64,000 nucleotides of DNA from an uncultured candidate division Zixibacteria bacterium (GTDB lineage: Bacteria > Zixibacteria > MSB-5A5 > RBG-16-43-9). The position numbers and the translations under genes are program-made. Each line of letters begins with the position of its first letter. Within the stretch, counting starts at the first letter, position 1. Shown here piece by piece: positions 1 through 9,918 of this stretch. The notes under the pieces were generated by a model. The model was not told the DNA's origin and did not search any database. It was given only the letters and a program-made list of their open reading frames with translations. The stretch is taken from the NCBI GenBank assembly GCA_963713865.1, contig OY970208.1, positions 1-64,000 of the forward strand. Reading direction: 5' to 3'.

Positions 1-62
1 TAGAGTTTGGCCGCAAGAAGCTCCGTAGAAGGATAGATATAGTTACTGAAGGCCAGGAATAG
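1..62 (+). CDS. 3' end of an upstream gene, possibly gas vesicle protein GvpO (partial)
   Basis: Frame from position 3 reads EFGRKKLRRRIDIVTEGQE*; basic C-terminal motif plus position directly before gvp genes. Weak. Confidence 0.3.
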   Translation, partial: EFGRKKLRRRIDIVTEGQE

Positions 63-183
63 GTAGATAGCTCAAACAGGGAAAAACGATGACAAAAAAC
101 CGTTCTTATTTAAGTTGAAAAGCGCAAGCAGTTCTGATGTTGGGAAAAATTATGATTAAAGTTTCAGAAAGAAGTGGTTTAAA

Positions 184-489
184 ATGGCATTAGAGGCAAC
201 CAAAGAGACGGGCAGTACTTTAGTGGATATAATAGATAGGATTCTGGATAAGGGATTGGTGATCAATGCTGATATAATGGTATCCGTGGCTGGGGTTGAG
301 CTTCTAGGTATCAAAATAAGAGCAGCTTTAGCCTCATTTGAAACAGCTGCCAAGTATGGTTTGGAGTTTCCATCAGGAACTAATATGGAAACGGAAGCCT
401 GGAAAGAGATAAGGGCTGCCGAAAAGAACTGTCCTCAAGACGAGAGGAAGGTAAGTACCGAGAAGTCTATCATCACTGGCTGCCTCTGA
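184..489 (+). CDS. gas vesicle structural protein, GvpA/GvpJ family (probably truncated by a premature TGA)
   Basis: TLVDIIDRILDKGLVINADIMVSVAGVELLGIKIRAALASFETA is the GvpA/J signature; frame continues past TGA as CGWKSV to TAG at 593. Confidence 0.9.
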   Translation: MALEATKETGSTLVDIIDRILDKGLVINADIMVSVAGVELLGIKIRAALASFETAAKYGLEFPSGTNMETEAWKEIRAAEKNCPQDERKVSTEKSIITGCL

Positions 490-627
490 TGTGGCTGGAA
501 AAGTGTCCTAACAAAAGCCAGGCAGGTAAATCGTAAGATGGCTAAACTCAATGGTAAAGGTAGTATTTCTCTTGGATTATTAAGAGGACTTAGTTGGATT
601 TCGATCCTATAACAAAGGCGATATAGA

Positions 628-810
628 ATGAGGCTGGTCAACATGCCACGTATCAAATAGAAGAAGGAAAAAAGTAGAAAAAACCATGCGGTGAGATGTC
701 CTGTCTGAGGGAGACGAGTTGCAAAAAAAGAGTTGGTGAAAAGGGGATGTTAGGGGTGTGATTGGCGAAAAGATAAAACAAAAAACTTGACTCAGCTCCC
801 AGCAGGATAA
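628..810 (+). pseudogene. decayed small Zn-ribbon-like ORF
   Basis: Reads MRLVNMPRIK*KKEKSRKNHAVRCPV*GRRVAKKELVKRGC*GCDWRK...; CxxC-like pairs interrupted by in-frame stops. Confidence 0.45.
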
Positions 811-903
811 ACCACTCCGGCGGTAAAACTGAAATTGTATAAAAGAAACTTTCGGGAAAACGTTATTATAAGCTGGGTATAAAATTTAAGGGGGGATAAA
901 CCC

Positions 904-1494
904 ATGAGAAGAGTACATAAAAAGAAAAAAGTTGACCAGGATGAAAAAATAGGGGAATTTTCTGAAGAGGTTAGTGCATTAGAGGGGATGGCAGAAGGTG
1001 TGCTTAAAGGGGTAGGCGAGATCATCCCGGGATTGGGTGGGTTGCTGAAGGGATTGGAAAAATCACCTGCCTTTAAAGAAAGACTAAAGAAGGTTAATCA
1101 GGAAATTGAGCGTAAGCTGAAAGAAACACCACTAAATAGAGCAGGAAACAGGGGTCCACATACGGATAGTAGTTTTTCTACCAGACCCTTATTCAATGAA
1201 GAAGAACTTCCCTTTGGAAGAAAGGAGAAAAAGTCACCTACCGCTCCTCTACAACCTAAGGAGCCGGTGGTAGATGTTTTTGATGAAAGAGATCATTTAA
1301 GAATAATTGCTGAATTACCGGGAATGGCTGAAAAGGATATAAATACAAATTTAGAAAAAGACGTGCTTACAATTGAGATCAATTCACCTGGCTGGAAGCC
1401 AGAGCACGAGGTAGCTTTGCCTTATGCTCCAAAAGGCAAACTGGAGAAGTCCTTTCGAAACGGCATTTTAGAAATTAAAGTCGGAAAAGATTGA
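904..1494 (+). CDS. Hsp20/alpha-crystallin family protein (GvpH-like)
   Basis: C-terminal PVVDVFDE..IIAELPG...FRNGILEI alpha-crystallin motif; within gvp cluster. Confidence 0.8.
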   Translation: MRRVHKKKKVDQDEKIGEFSEEVSALEGMAEGVLKGVGEIIPGLGGLLKGLEKSPAFKERLKKVNQEIERKLKETPLNRAGNRGPHTDSSFSTRPLFNEEELPFGRKEKKSPTAPLQPKEPVVDVFDERDHLRIIAELPGMAEKDINTNLEKDVLTIEINSPGWKPEHEVALPYAPKGKLEKSFRNGILEIKVGKD

Positions 1495-1497
1495 ATC

Positions 1498-1821
1498 ATG
1501 ATAGATATAGATGCAGATAATTTAAAGCATGGTGTGTTAGGATTAGTCATTGCTTTGGTGGAAGTTATACGAGACGCACTGAGAATTCAAGCTATTAAAA
1601 GAATGGAAGGGGGAAGTCTTAAAGAGGATGAGATTGAGAGATTGGGTGAGGCGCTTATGGAATTGGACACAGCCATTGAACAGATAAAAGTAGAGCAGGG
1701 AATTGCTCAATCCGTTCAAAGCGTTAGAGATGGATTAGACAGTATCGTGGACGATTTACTGGACAAGATGGTAAACCCGGAGATATGGAAGGACGAAGTT
1801 TATGAGGAACAACTGCAGTAA
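1498..1821 (+). CDS. gvpK: gas vesicle protein GvpK
   Basis: GLVIALVEVIRDALRIQAIKRMEGGSL...EIERLGEALMEL matches the GvpK pattern. Confidence 0.85.
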   Translation: MIDIDADNLKHGVLGLVIALVEVIRDALRIQAIKRMEGGSLKEDEIERLGEALMELDTAIEQIKVEQGIAQSVQSVRDGLDSIVDDLLDKMVNPEIWKDEVYEEQLQ

Positions 1822-1841
1822 CCATAGGGGAGGTCTTGAAT

Positions 1842-2672
1842 ATGCCGGATGATGAAAGGCTAAAAGTGGTCGTGACAAACGAGAGCAAAACCGAAAGCGA
1901 AGATGATGCAAGGTACCTTTATTGTGTGGCAGACAGCGGCGTGCAATCAGGTTTGGGAAAAATCGGTTTAGCCGGCAAAGAAGTCTACACCATACCTTTC
2001 CTTGATCTGTGTGCTGTGGTTCACAATTGTCCCTCTGAACCATATAAGTCTGAAAACAGCGAAACGGTAAGGAATTGGGTGGTGACCCATGAGAAAGTGG
2101 TGGAGATTGCCTGGGGAAAATTTGGCACTGTTCTGCCAGTTGGTTTCGACACTATTATCAAAGGTGAAGAAGATATTAGTCCGGAGGAAAACATAAAAAA
2201 CTGGTTAAAAGAAGATTATGCGAATCTTAAAGAAAAAATGGATAAAATTAGAGGTAAGGCTGAATACGGGGTTCAAATTTTCTGGGAGTCAGAGTTTGTT
2301 GCGGATGAAATAGGAAAAACAAATGAGGAGATCAAAAACCTGAATCAGGATATAAAATCTAAGTCTAAAGGGGCAGCTTATATGTTCAGACATAAGTTGG
2401 AAAATCTTTTGAAGAAGGAGATGGAGAAAAAAGCGGATATCTATTTTAAAGGCTTCTATGCCAGGATTAGAAAGTGTGTGGATGAGATCAGAGTGGAGAA
2501 GACAAAGAAAACAGATGAAAAAAACCAGATGCTTATGAATCTCTCCTGTTTAATAGATAAGGAGAACTCCGAAAGACTGGGAGAGGAATTAGAGAAAATA
2601 AATAAGGAGGAGGGATTCGGAGTCCGTTTTACCGGACCCTGGCCTCCTTACAGCTTTGTTGTTTTTGGCTAA
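1842..2672 (+). CDS. gas vesicle protein GvpL/GvpF family
   Basis: N-terminal YLYCV, HEKVVE...VLPVGF and C-terminal FTGPWPPYSFV motif; GGAGG RBS upstream. Confidence 0.9.
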   Translation: MPDDERLKVVVTNESKTESEDDARYLYCVADSGVQSGLGKIGLAGKEVYTIPFLDLCAVVHNCPSEPYKSENSETVRNWVVTHEKVVEIAWGKFGTVLPVGFDTIIKGEEDISPEENIKNWLKEDYANLKEKMDKIRGKAEYGVQIFWESEFVADEIGKTNEEIKNLNQDIKSKSKGAAYMFRHKLENLLKKEMEKKADIYFKGFYARIRKCVDEIRVEKTKKTDEKNQMLMNLSCLIDKENSERLGEELEKINKEEGFGVRFTGPWPPYSFVVFG

Positions 2673-2690
2673 GTTAAAAAGAGAATAAAA

Positions 2691-3299
2691 GTGGAGCCAG
2701 TTCGAGATACGCAGGCAACTTTAGTCGACCTCTTAGATAGAATTCTGGACAAAGGTCTGGTGATATACGCAGATATTATCATTTCTGTGGCGGGGATTCC
2801 TTTAATTGGGGTTAACCTGAGAGCGGCTTTAGCCGGGATGGAGACAATGCTAAAATATGGTGTGATGGTGGAGTGGGATGGAAGATCCAGAGCCTGGGAG
2901 AGAAGGGAAAGAAAGAAAAAGGAGGTTCCTTTAACTAAAGGGGAGGAGATTATTCTGGAGATGTTCGGCGCCTGTCGTGATACAGAAGGAATATATACTA
3001 CCTGGAGGTCGGGTTTACTTCATCTGACTGATAAAAGACTTTTTATATATCAAAAAATTTTTGAGGAAGTATTGTTCCAAACCACTCTGGATGAGATAAG
3101 AGGGGTGGCGATGAAAAAGGAAACAGATTTTTCCAAAGAACCAGTAGAAGTGCTTTATCTTTTAATCCACAATAATCGTGTAGCTCAGTTCAGGACTGTG
3201 GATACTCGTAGATTAAAGGAAGCTATAGAGGAAAGGATGAAAATTAAAGGACTTCCTTTCGAGGAGAATCCAATCCTTCCTGAGTTTGACAGAAGATAA
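2691..3299 (+). CDS. GvpA/J/M-family gas vesicle protein with C-terminal PH/GRAM-like extension
   Basis: TLVDLLDRILDKGLVIYADIIISVAGIPL N-terminus; extension has GLLHLTDKRLFIY (PH-fold-like, inferred). Confidence 0.8.
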   Translation: MEPVRDTQATLVDLLDRILDKGLVIYADIIISVAGIPLIGVNLRAALAGMETMLKYGVMVEWDGRSRAWERRERKKKEVPLTKGEEIILEMFGACRDTEGIYTTWRSGLLHLTDKRLFIYQKIFEEVLFQTTLDEIRGVAMKKETDFSKEPVEVLYLLIHNNRVAQFRTVDTRRLKEAIEERMKIKGLPFEENPILPEFDRR

Positions 3300-3420
3300 T
3301 GAAATCCGGAATGGTCATCATAGAGTTCTTTACTTTAGTAAGGGATTAAACTTTCAGCGTGCCGACCTGAACAAGGTTATAGGTTTTTATCGCTGGATTT
3401 AAAAAGCAGGGGGCTATTAT

Positions 3421-3912
3421 ATGTTCAAAATAATTGGAAAGAACAGGATAACAGGAACAATCATATTGACGCTGTTTGTTATTTTCTTCTTAGCGTCTCA
3501 GGATGTTCGTGAATCTGTACCAGCAGTTAATTCCCTCAACGATCAACTTCTGGAGATTATAAACAACCTTCAAAACGAATTGGCTGATTATAAAGATAGA
3601 GAGTCCATACTCTTGAGACAGATCAACAAAGAAGAGTATATTGTCACCGCTTATCTGGCCATTGATTCCACAGAGGGTCGACATTCAGGCTTAACCGTAA
3701 CCCGCATTGCAGCTAAACCCTATTTCACCGTGGCAGTGGATCCAACGATAGTACCGATTAATTCCTGGATCTGGATTGATGGCTGGGGATGGTGGAAAGC
3801 TCAGGATACCGGAGACAAGATAAAAGGTCGCAAGATTGATTTGTGCCTTTCCTCAAGAGAGGAAGCAAAAGAATTTGGAGTGAGAAAGATGGGGATTATA
3901 ATATTGAAATAA
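3421..3912 (+). CDS. 3D-domain (MltA-like) cell-wall protein with N-terminal TM and coiled coil
   Basis: VTAY...AVDP..VP...AQDTGDKIKGRKIDL, three-Asp 3D motif. Confidence 0.85.
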   Translation: MFKIIGKNRITGTIILTLFVIFFLASQDVRESVPAVNSLNDQLLEIINNLQNELADYKDRESILLRQINKEEYIVTAYLAIDSTEGRHSGLTVTRIAAKPYFTVAVDPTIVPINSWIWIDGWGWWKAQDTGDKIKGRKIDLCLSSREEAKEFGVRKMGIIILK

Positions 3913-3927
3913 AAATCATTGAGTGAC

Positions 3928-5357
3928 GATAATGTAAATTATTGTGGGCACTTTCAGGGCTTAGAAGTTCTTTGGAATTTGAATAGGAATGGCATACCTT
4001 AATGGTTAGTGCAATAATCAACCATTAGTCGTCCTCGTGGGGGACAAGGAGGTATGCCTTGAGAAGTATAGATTTCTCAGAGGATAATTTAGGGATTCAG
4101 TGGTCCGCCTGAGGCGGATAAACAGGAATCTAAGAGAGCTGGGGATAATGGAGCGGTTTGATGATTTTGAGGTTAAAGTGCGAGAGATTATCCAGAACTT
4201 TATCCAGGAGAGCATATACCATGAGTTTACACTTCAGATAGGTGCAGATAGATATATGAGCGGACCAAATCGAGGTTATCTACCCGTAAAGGAGAGTATG
4301 AGAGGTTTTTGACTACCACCATTGGAACCTCTCAGATAAGTATTCCCAGGGCAAGGGGAGATTTGAACATAGATTATAAGCTCTTTGACAAATACCAGCA
4401 GAGACATGAGAAGTTTGACAATATGGTTATTCTGTCTCTGCTTTTAGGTTTTTCTACCCGTAAACAGAGGAAGTTCTTCAATGCATTTATAGGTGATGCG
4501 ATAAGCCAGACCACTGCTTCCAAGTTGCTCAAGAATTTAGAGGAGGGCTTAAAGGAGTTCAGGACAAGGCCCATAGAAGACAGATACAAGTATCTGATCA
4601 TAGATGGACTTTGGGCCAAGGTGAAAGAGGAGCGTATTCAAGAGAGGGTGATTTTATTCATCTTGGGCATAACCTTAGACAACAAGAAGGAGATCCTTGG
4701 CTTCAAGCTGGCTAAAGGGGAGAGAGCGGAGGAGGTAGTTGCTCTGCTTAATGATCTTTACCGTCGCGGTTTGGAAGGGAAGTATTTAAAACTGATCTCC
4801 AGCGATAGGTCCAAAGGTATCAGGTCGGTTATAAACATAGTCTAACCCTATGCCAAATGGCAGCTTTGCTACGTGCACAAGCTTAGAAATCTAACCAAAA
4901 ATATCCGGCATAAGCGAGGACATCGGAAGAGAATGATGGGACAAGCAAGAGAGATATAATATAAGGCTTCTTCCAAGATAGAGGCCATAAAAAGTTCAAT
5001 CGATTTTGCCTGGAATGGCAGGGAGTAGAACCTTATGCCGTTAAATGTTTTCAGGAGAACTTCTATGAGACCTTGGCATATTTTGATTTCCAGGATGATA
5101 AAAACCTCATAAGCACAACTAATTACCTGGAGAGAGAGATTTAGAGGAGGTTCAAAGGCGAATAAAGATCCAGGGTTATTTTAAATCAGAGAGAAGCCTT
5201 AATCTGTCGGTGTATGGCATTATAAGCTTATTTAGAGTCGATAAAAGCTTTACGACCCGTAGGGAAGAAGAACGTCAACCTAAGGGTATGCCAGACTATG
5301 CTTTTCACATTATAAAAGAACCTAAATACCAAAGTGCCCATTTTTCTTGACATTACC
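3928..5357 (+). mobile_element. IS256-family insertion sequence, degraded (~1.43 kb)
   Basis: Imperfect 27-bp terminal inverted repeats GATAATGTAAATTATTGTGGGCACTTT (3928-3954) and AAAGTGCCCATTTTTCTTGACATTACC (5331-5357); no clear target duplication. Confidence 0.85.
4100..5300 (+). pseudogene. IS256-family transposase, fragmented
   Basis: Fragments contain IPRAR, YLIIDGLW, GITLDNKKEILG, LYRRGL, SSDRSKG; after TAA at 4843 it continues PYAKWQLCYVHKLRN (CxxH motif), later STTNYLER; several frameshifts. End approximate. Confidence 0.85.
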
Positions 5358-5373
5358 TACAGCCAGTTTTATA

Positions 5374-5402
5374 TTGACATCTAACCTTAAAAAAACTAAA
5401 TT
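5374..5402 (+). promoter_or_regulatory. sigma70-type promoter of comM/yifB
   Basis: TTGACA-17 nt-TAAATT. Confidence 0.55.
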
Positions 5403-5469
5403 CCTTTCAAATCAGATTTTAAACGGTGGCAGATTTAGATTACATAATCTTTAAAAATAAATAAAAACT

Positions 5470-7005
5470 ATGTTAGCCAGAGTCTTATCCAGCGCAGTTA
5501 TCGGGATTGAGGCTTATATAGTTGAGGTGGAAACAGATTTATTCCCTCAACTCCCTTCTTTTGCTATGGTGGGCTTGCCGGATAATGCGGTCAAGGAAAG
5601 TAAAGAAAGGGTTCAGTCTGCCATAAAAAATTCAGGTTATTATTTCCCCGGGAAAAAGATAACTGTAAACTTGGCTCCTGCAGACGTGAAAAAAGAGGGT
5701 TCTTCATTTGACCTGCCAATTGCAGTAGGGATTTTGATCGCTACCGGACAGATTAACCGGGAAAAATTCGACGAATATATAATTTTAGGTGAGCTTTCTT
5801 TAGAGGGAACCTTAAGACCTATCCACGGTGCCCTGCCTATGGCTTTATCTGCCCAGAAAAACGGGATCAAAGGGATGCTTTTACCAAGGGAGAATGCTAA
5901 AGAAGCCGCTATGGCAGAGAAGCTTGAGGTTTATCCAGTTGAATCATTAAGGCAGGCCATAGAATTTTTAGAAAACGGAGATACGATCAAGCCTTTTAAA
6001 ATAGATATTCAGGAGGTCTTTGAAAAATCTTTAGAATATCCGATTGACTTCTCAGATGTTAAAGGACAGGAACATACCAAAAGAGCATTAGAGGTTGCAG
6101 CCGCAGGAGGGCATAATATAATTCTAATCGGACCCCCTGGCTCAGGCAAGACTATGCTTGCCCGCAGACTGCCGACTATACTTCCAAATTTAACCTTAGA
6201 GGAAGCACTTGAAACCACCAAGATACATTCGGTAGCCGGAATATTACCGCCGGATACGGCTTTGATTGCTACCCGTCCTTTTCGCTCACCACATCATACC
6301 ATAAGCGATGCGGGTTTAATCGGTGGTGGTAGAATCCCTCGTCCCGGTGAGGTGAGCTTAGCTCATCACGGGGTCTTATTCTTAGATGAGATGCCGGAAT
6401 TTCATAAAGACGTTCTGGAAGTCCTCAGACAGCCGATGGAAGATGGACGAGTTACCATCTCCAGAGCCTCGATGGCTTTGACCTATCCATCCCAGGTTAT
6501 GCTTGCCGGCGCAATGAACCCCTGCCCCTGCGGCTATCACGGCGACTTAGCCCACGAATGCACTTGCTCACCTATGCAGATCCAGAAATATATGAGCCGC
6601 ATATCCGGACCCCTGATGGACCGGATAGACATCCATATCGAAGTCCCGGCAGTTAAATTCAAAGACCTTTCCGGACAGCCAACCGGAGAACACTCAAGAG
6701 TCATCCGGGATAGGGTAAACAAAGCTCGAAAAGTTCAGTTGCAAAGGTTCAAAGAAGAAAAACATATCTTCTGCAACGCCCATATGGAATCAAAGGAGAT
6801 AAGAAAATATTGTATCATAGACGATGAATCCAAAGAGCTTCTGAGAATGGCAATAACCAAGCTCGGTCTTTCCGCCCGCGCCTACGACCGCATCCAGAAA
6901 GTCTCCCGAACCATAGCCGACTTAGAAGGCGCAGAAAATATCCTGCCCCAGCATATAAGCGAGGCAATTCAATACAGAAGTTTGGATAGGAATTTGTGGA
7001 TGTGA
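5470..7005 (+). CDS. comM: YifB/ComM Mg-chelatase-like AAA+ ATPase
   Basis: VGLPDNAVKESKERV, GPPGSGKT, RPFRSPHHTIS, GEVSLAHHGVLFLDE, NPCPCG, LSARAYDR. Confidence 0.95.
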   Translation: MLARVLSSAVIGIEAYIVEVETDLFPQLPSFAMVGLPDNAVKESKERVQSAIKNSGYYFPGKKITVNLAPADVKKEGSSFDLPIAVGILIATGQINREKFDEYIILGELSLEGTLRPIHGALPMALSAQKNGIKGMLLPRENAKEAAMAEKLEVYPVESLRQAIEFLENGDTIKPFKIDIQEVFEKSLEYPIDFSDVKGQEHTKRALEVAAAGGHNIILIGPPGSGKTMLARRLPTILPNLTLEEALETTKIHSVAGILPPDTALIATRPFRSPHHTISDAGLIGGGRIPRPGEVSLAHHGVLFLDEMPEFHKDVLEVLRQPMEDGRVTISRASMALTYPSQVMLAGAMNPCPCGYHGDLAHECTCSPMQIQKYMSRISGPLMDRIDIHIEVPAVKFKDLSGQPTGEHSRVIRDRVNKARKVQLQRFKEEKHIFCNAHMESKEIRKYCIIDDESKELLRMAITKLGLSARAYDRIQKVSRTIADLEGAENILPQHISEAIQYRSLDRNLWM

Positions 7006-7011
7006 AGTATT

Positions 7012-7947
7012 ATGTTTGGGTTAAGCGATCAACAAATTATTATCATAATCGCAAGTGCTGTAGCTATCATATCTTTTGCACTAAGTCATATCAAAATTGC
7101 GAAAGCATTGAAGATACTTTTTTCTTGTCTTTTTCTATTATGTATCGTCTCTTCATTGATCCTCAATTTACTTTATTTACAAAAGAAAGAAATCAAAGAA
7201 TTAGCCCTTGAGACAAAAATTGATCAAATCGACACTCATCTGGAAGCCTCATTGACTTTTTCAGAGTACATCCAGGCCGCAAGATTAAATAGGCGAATGG
7301 GAAGGATAGACGAGGCAATTTATGATACTGAAAGGGCGCTGGAAAAGAATCCTAATTCAGAAACTGCGCTAAATCTCCTCGGGGTTTTATACCTTGATAA
7401 GGAATACTACGACAAATCTATAGAAGCTTTTGAAAAGATAAAAAAAGGCTTAGCCGACTCTACTATAGTTATGAAAGCAGGAGAATATATGTATCATAGA
7501 AATTTTGGACACGCCTATCTAACAAAAAAAATGTGGAAAGAAGCAAAAGAAGAATTTCTTAATTGTCTATCCATAAATCAAAGAGAGATGTACTGCTATA
7601 TTGGTCTAGCTAATACATTAGAAAAACTCAATGACTGGAAAGGACTTTACGATTTATGTAAAAAAAGTATAATCTTCTTTCCTAATTCAGCACTATTGGA
7701 TAACTTTTTAGGAAAAGCATGTATTTTTATGTCTAAGTTCGATGAAGCCGAAGTAGCATTTCTTAATGCAATTCAAGCTGATTCAACATTTGAACAACCT
7801 TACCTAAATCTTGCACTAATTTATTTTCTTAAAAATGAACCAGATAAATCTGAGAGATTTCTTAAGGATGCTTTACGTGTAAATCCAGCCTCAGCAAAGG
7901 AAGTGAAGGACTTGAGATCAAAGTTTAAGAAAGTAATAAAAAGATAA
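7012..7947 (+). CDS. membrane-anchored TPR protein
   Basis: Two N-terminal hydrophobic helices and multiple TPR-like repeats; AT-rich. Confidence 0.8.
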   Translation: MFGLSDQQIIIIIASAVAIISFALSHIKIAKALKILFSCLFLLCIVSSLILNLLYLQKKEIKELALETKIDQIDTHLEASLTFSEYIQAARLNRRMGRIDEAIYDTERALEKNPNSETALNLLGVLYLDKEYYDKSIEAFEKIKKGLADSTIVMKAGEYMYHRNFGHAYLTKKMWKEAKEEFLNCLSINQREMYCYIGLANTLEKLNDWKGLYDLCKKSIIFFPNSALLDNFLGKACIFMSKFDEAEVAFLNAIQADSTFEQPYLNLALIYFLKNEPDKSERFLKDALRVNPASAKEVKDLRSKFKKVIKR

Positions 7948-7968
7948 ACTTTGTTCTCGCCTTAAGAT

Positions 7969-8028
7969 CGTAGCGTCGGGTTTTATGCCCGACGATCAAA
8001 CACGTTTGGGATAAACCCAGACGCTACG
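7969..8028. repeat. REP doublet (family D, GTAGCGTC...GACGCTAC)
   Basis: Two hairpins between GTAG and CTAC tags; related copies at 9919-9976, 10826-10850, 39057-39081, 46444-46494. Confidence 0.85.
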
Positions 8029-8039
8029 AAAAGAAGAAT

Positions 8040-8068
8040 ATCCCACCTTGAGGGCAAGGCGGGACTAC
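8040..8068 (-). repeat. REP family B (GTAG-TCCCGCCTTG-CCCT-CAAGGTGGGAT)
   Basis: Related copies at 8769-8794, ~9980-10000 (partial), 11859-11888, 14942-14970, 32551-32573, 37571-37599. Confidence 0.85.
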
Positions 8069-8239
8069 GAGGGGAAGGAGGAACCTTCTACACGGTAGAC
8101 TCATCTTACCCCAATATGGGTCAACAATTCTCTCCTTATGGAAAAGGCAGGGATACCAAGTAAAATTATAAAACTTGCTTTAAAGGAAAATTCAAAAAAC
8201 AACATAGAGAAGAAATTATACTAGGAGGAGAATAGTACT

Positions 8240-8767
8240 ATGAGTGAGATTCCAGAGAACAAAGATAAGGCCAGAACTGAGATAGAGAAGCATGCACATA
8301 TTGCTTACCGTGTAGCTGTGGATCAATTGATTAACGAAGGAAATCTATTCTGGAGTAGATTCAATGTGCTTATAGTAGCCAACAGCGTTATTGTTGCTGC
8401 AATTGGCTTCACCTTTAAGGCCAACCAACCACTAATACTTTTAGCTGTTACTTTACCGATAATGGGATTAGTACTATGCTTTTTGTGGTTTTTGATGACA
8501 AAATCTGGATTTAATGTGTGTTATAATTACAGCTTACAATGTCGCGAATTTGAGGAGAATCACCTAGCTGAGTCTGCAAGACCAATCACAAAAGCTATTC
8601 GTTATTCATGCGGGGAAACAATTACTTATAGTATTCCTAACGCTCCTATTCTGACAAAGATAGACAAGCTGACACGAGTGCTGGACATACGAAGAGTCTC
8701 GTATCTTATCATAGTTGTTTTTGCAATAGTTTATTTGATATCACTTGTACAGTTTTTGAAAAACTGA
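8240..8767 (+). CDS. hypothetical 3-TM membrane protein
   Basis: Strong AGGAGG RBS; EGNLFWSRFN followed by two TM helices and a C-terminal TM. Confidence 0.75.
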   Translation: MSEIPENKDKARTEIEKHAHIAYRVAVDQLINEGNLFWSRFNVLIVANSVIVAAIGFTFKANQPLILLAVTLPIMGLVLCFLWFLMTKSGFNVCYNYSLQCREFEENHLAESARPITKAIRYSCGETITYSIPNAPILTKIDKLTRVLDIRRVSYLIIVVFAIVYLISLVQFLKN

Positions 8768-8810
8768 TATCCTACCTTGAAGGCAAGGTGGGATTATTTA
8801 ATAAACTAAT

Positions 8811-9446
8811 ATGGCTTATCATAATTCTATATTACATTCGGTCGTCATAATAGTAGTAATGCTTTGCTGGCTGGTTTTCGCCGGAGTATTCGTTCTTCGC
8901 AAGAAGTCCAGGTCGGGTCCGGCACAAAAGCGGGATCAATCCTCTCTAGCCGGAATAGCCATCCAGATTATGGCATTCTTGACAGTTTGGGTTGCGCGAC
9001 GTCCTATATCCAGTGATCTTCTAAAGTTCGGAAGAGTTGTGGAGGCGATGCTGGCCGTGGTGGCAATCGGGCTGGCAATCGGTTCGGTCTGGATGACTTT
9101 GGCCGCTGTGCTTGCTCTAAACCGTCAGTGGAGTCTCAGCGCACGGCTGGTCGAGGGGCACAAACTGATAACCACAGGACCATACCGGTTGGTGCGTCAC
9201 CCCATATATACCGGCATGCTGGGGCTTATGCTTGCAACCGCTTTAGCATTAAGCCACTGGATCTTCATCCTCCCGGCCACAGCCGTTTTTGTAGTGGGAG
9301 CACTAATTCGGATAAGGAGTGAAGAAAAGCTGCTGCACAAAACGTTTGGTGCGGAATTCGAGGCTTATGCGCAGCAGGTGCCGATGTTGATACCTCGCTT
9401 TTCCTTATGGATATTACCATCTGCAATGAAAAGTCAACGAGGATGA
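8811..9446 (+). CDS. isoprenylcysteine carboxylmethyltransferase (ICMT/PEMT) family protein
   Basis: HKLITTGPYRLVRHPIYTG and EEKLL...FG.EF..Y motifs; visibly more GC-rich than neighbours. Confidence 0.9.
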   Translation: MAYHNSILHSVVIIVVMLCWLVFAGVFVLRKKSRSGPAQKRDQSSLAGIAIQIMAFLTVWVARRPISSDLLKFGRVVEAMLAVVAIGLAIGSVWMTLAAVLALNRQWSLSARLVEGHKLITTGPYRLVRHPIYTGMLGLMLATALALSHWIFILPATAVFVVGALIRIRSEEKLLHKTFGAEFEAYAQQVPMLIPRFSLWILPSAMKSQRG

Positions 9447-9493
9447 CAACGTCCTCGCTAAGCGAAAAGTTTTAACCAAAGAGGATATAAGAA

Positions 9494-9832
9494 ATGCCTA
9501 AGAAAAATTTCTTTCCAAAGATGATTACAAAACTACCAGAAGCTGATATTCCTATCGAGGGAGTAAATTCACATCTTTTTCAGAGTCAAAACCAGCAGTT
9601 TATCTTTATGAGTTTTAAAAAAGATGTACCAGTGCCAGAACATGCGCATGAAGGACAATGGGCAGTGATTTTAGATGGTGAAATCGAATTGACAATAGAC
9701 GGCAAGATATACAATTTTAAAAAGGGAGATACATACTATATTCCCAAAGGTGTCAGACACAGTGCAAGAATTAGAAGAGGTTACAAGGACTTAACGTTGT
9801 TTGACCAAAAAGACAGATACAAAGTAAAATAA
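9494..9832 (+). CDS. cupin domain protein
   Basis: PEHAHEGQWAVILDGEI...GDTYYIPKGVRHSA. Confidence 0.9.
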   Translation: MPKKNFFPKMITKLPEADIPIEGVNSHLFQSQNQQFIFMSFKKDVPVPEHAHEGQWAVILDGEIELTIDGKIYNFKKGDTYYIPKGVRHSARIRRGYKDLTLFDQKDRYKVK

Positions 9833-9918
9833 AATTGTCTAAAGAGCACATAACACCGTGTTCGTGGCTCTATGTTTCTTGTAGATGTTATTATCCATCG
9901 TGTTCGCCCAAATAATTC

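Noticed and set aside
487-753. TGA in CxxC motifs as selenocysteine or an alternative genetic code
   Set aside because: TAG stops interrupt the same frame, no SECIS-like hairpin is evident, and TGA terminates many normal genes in the window.
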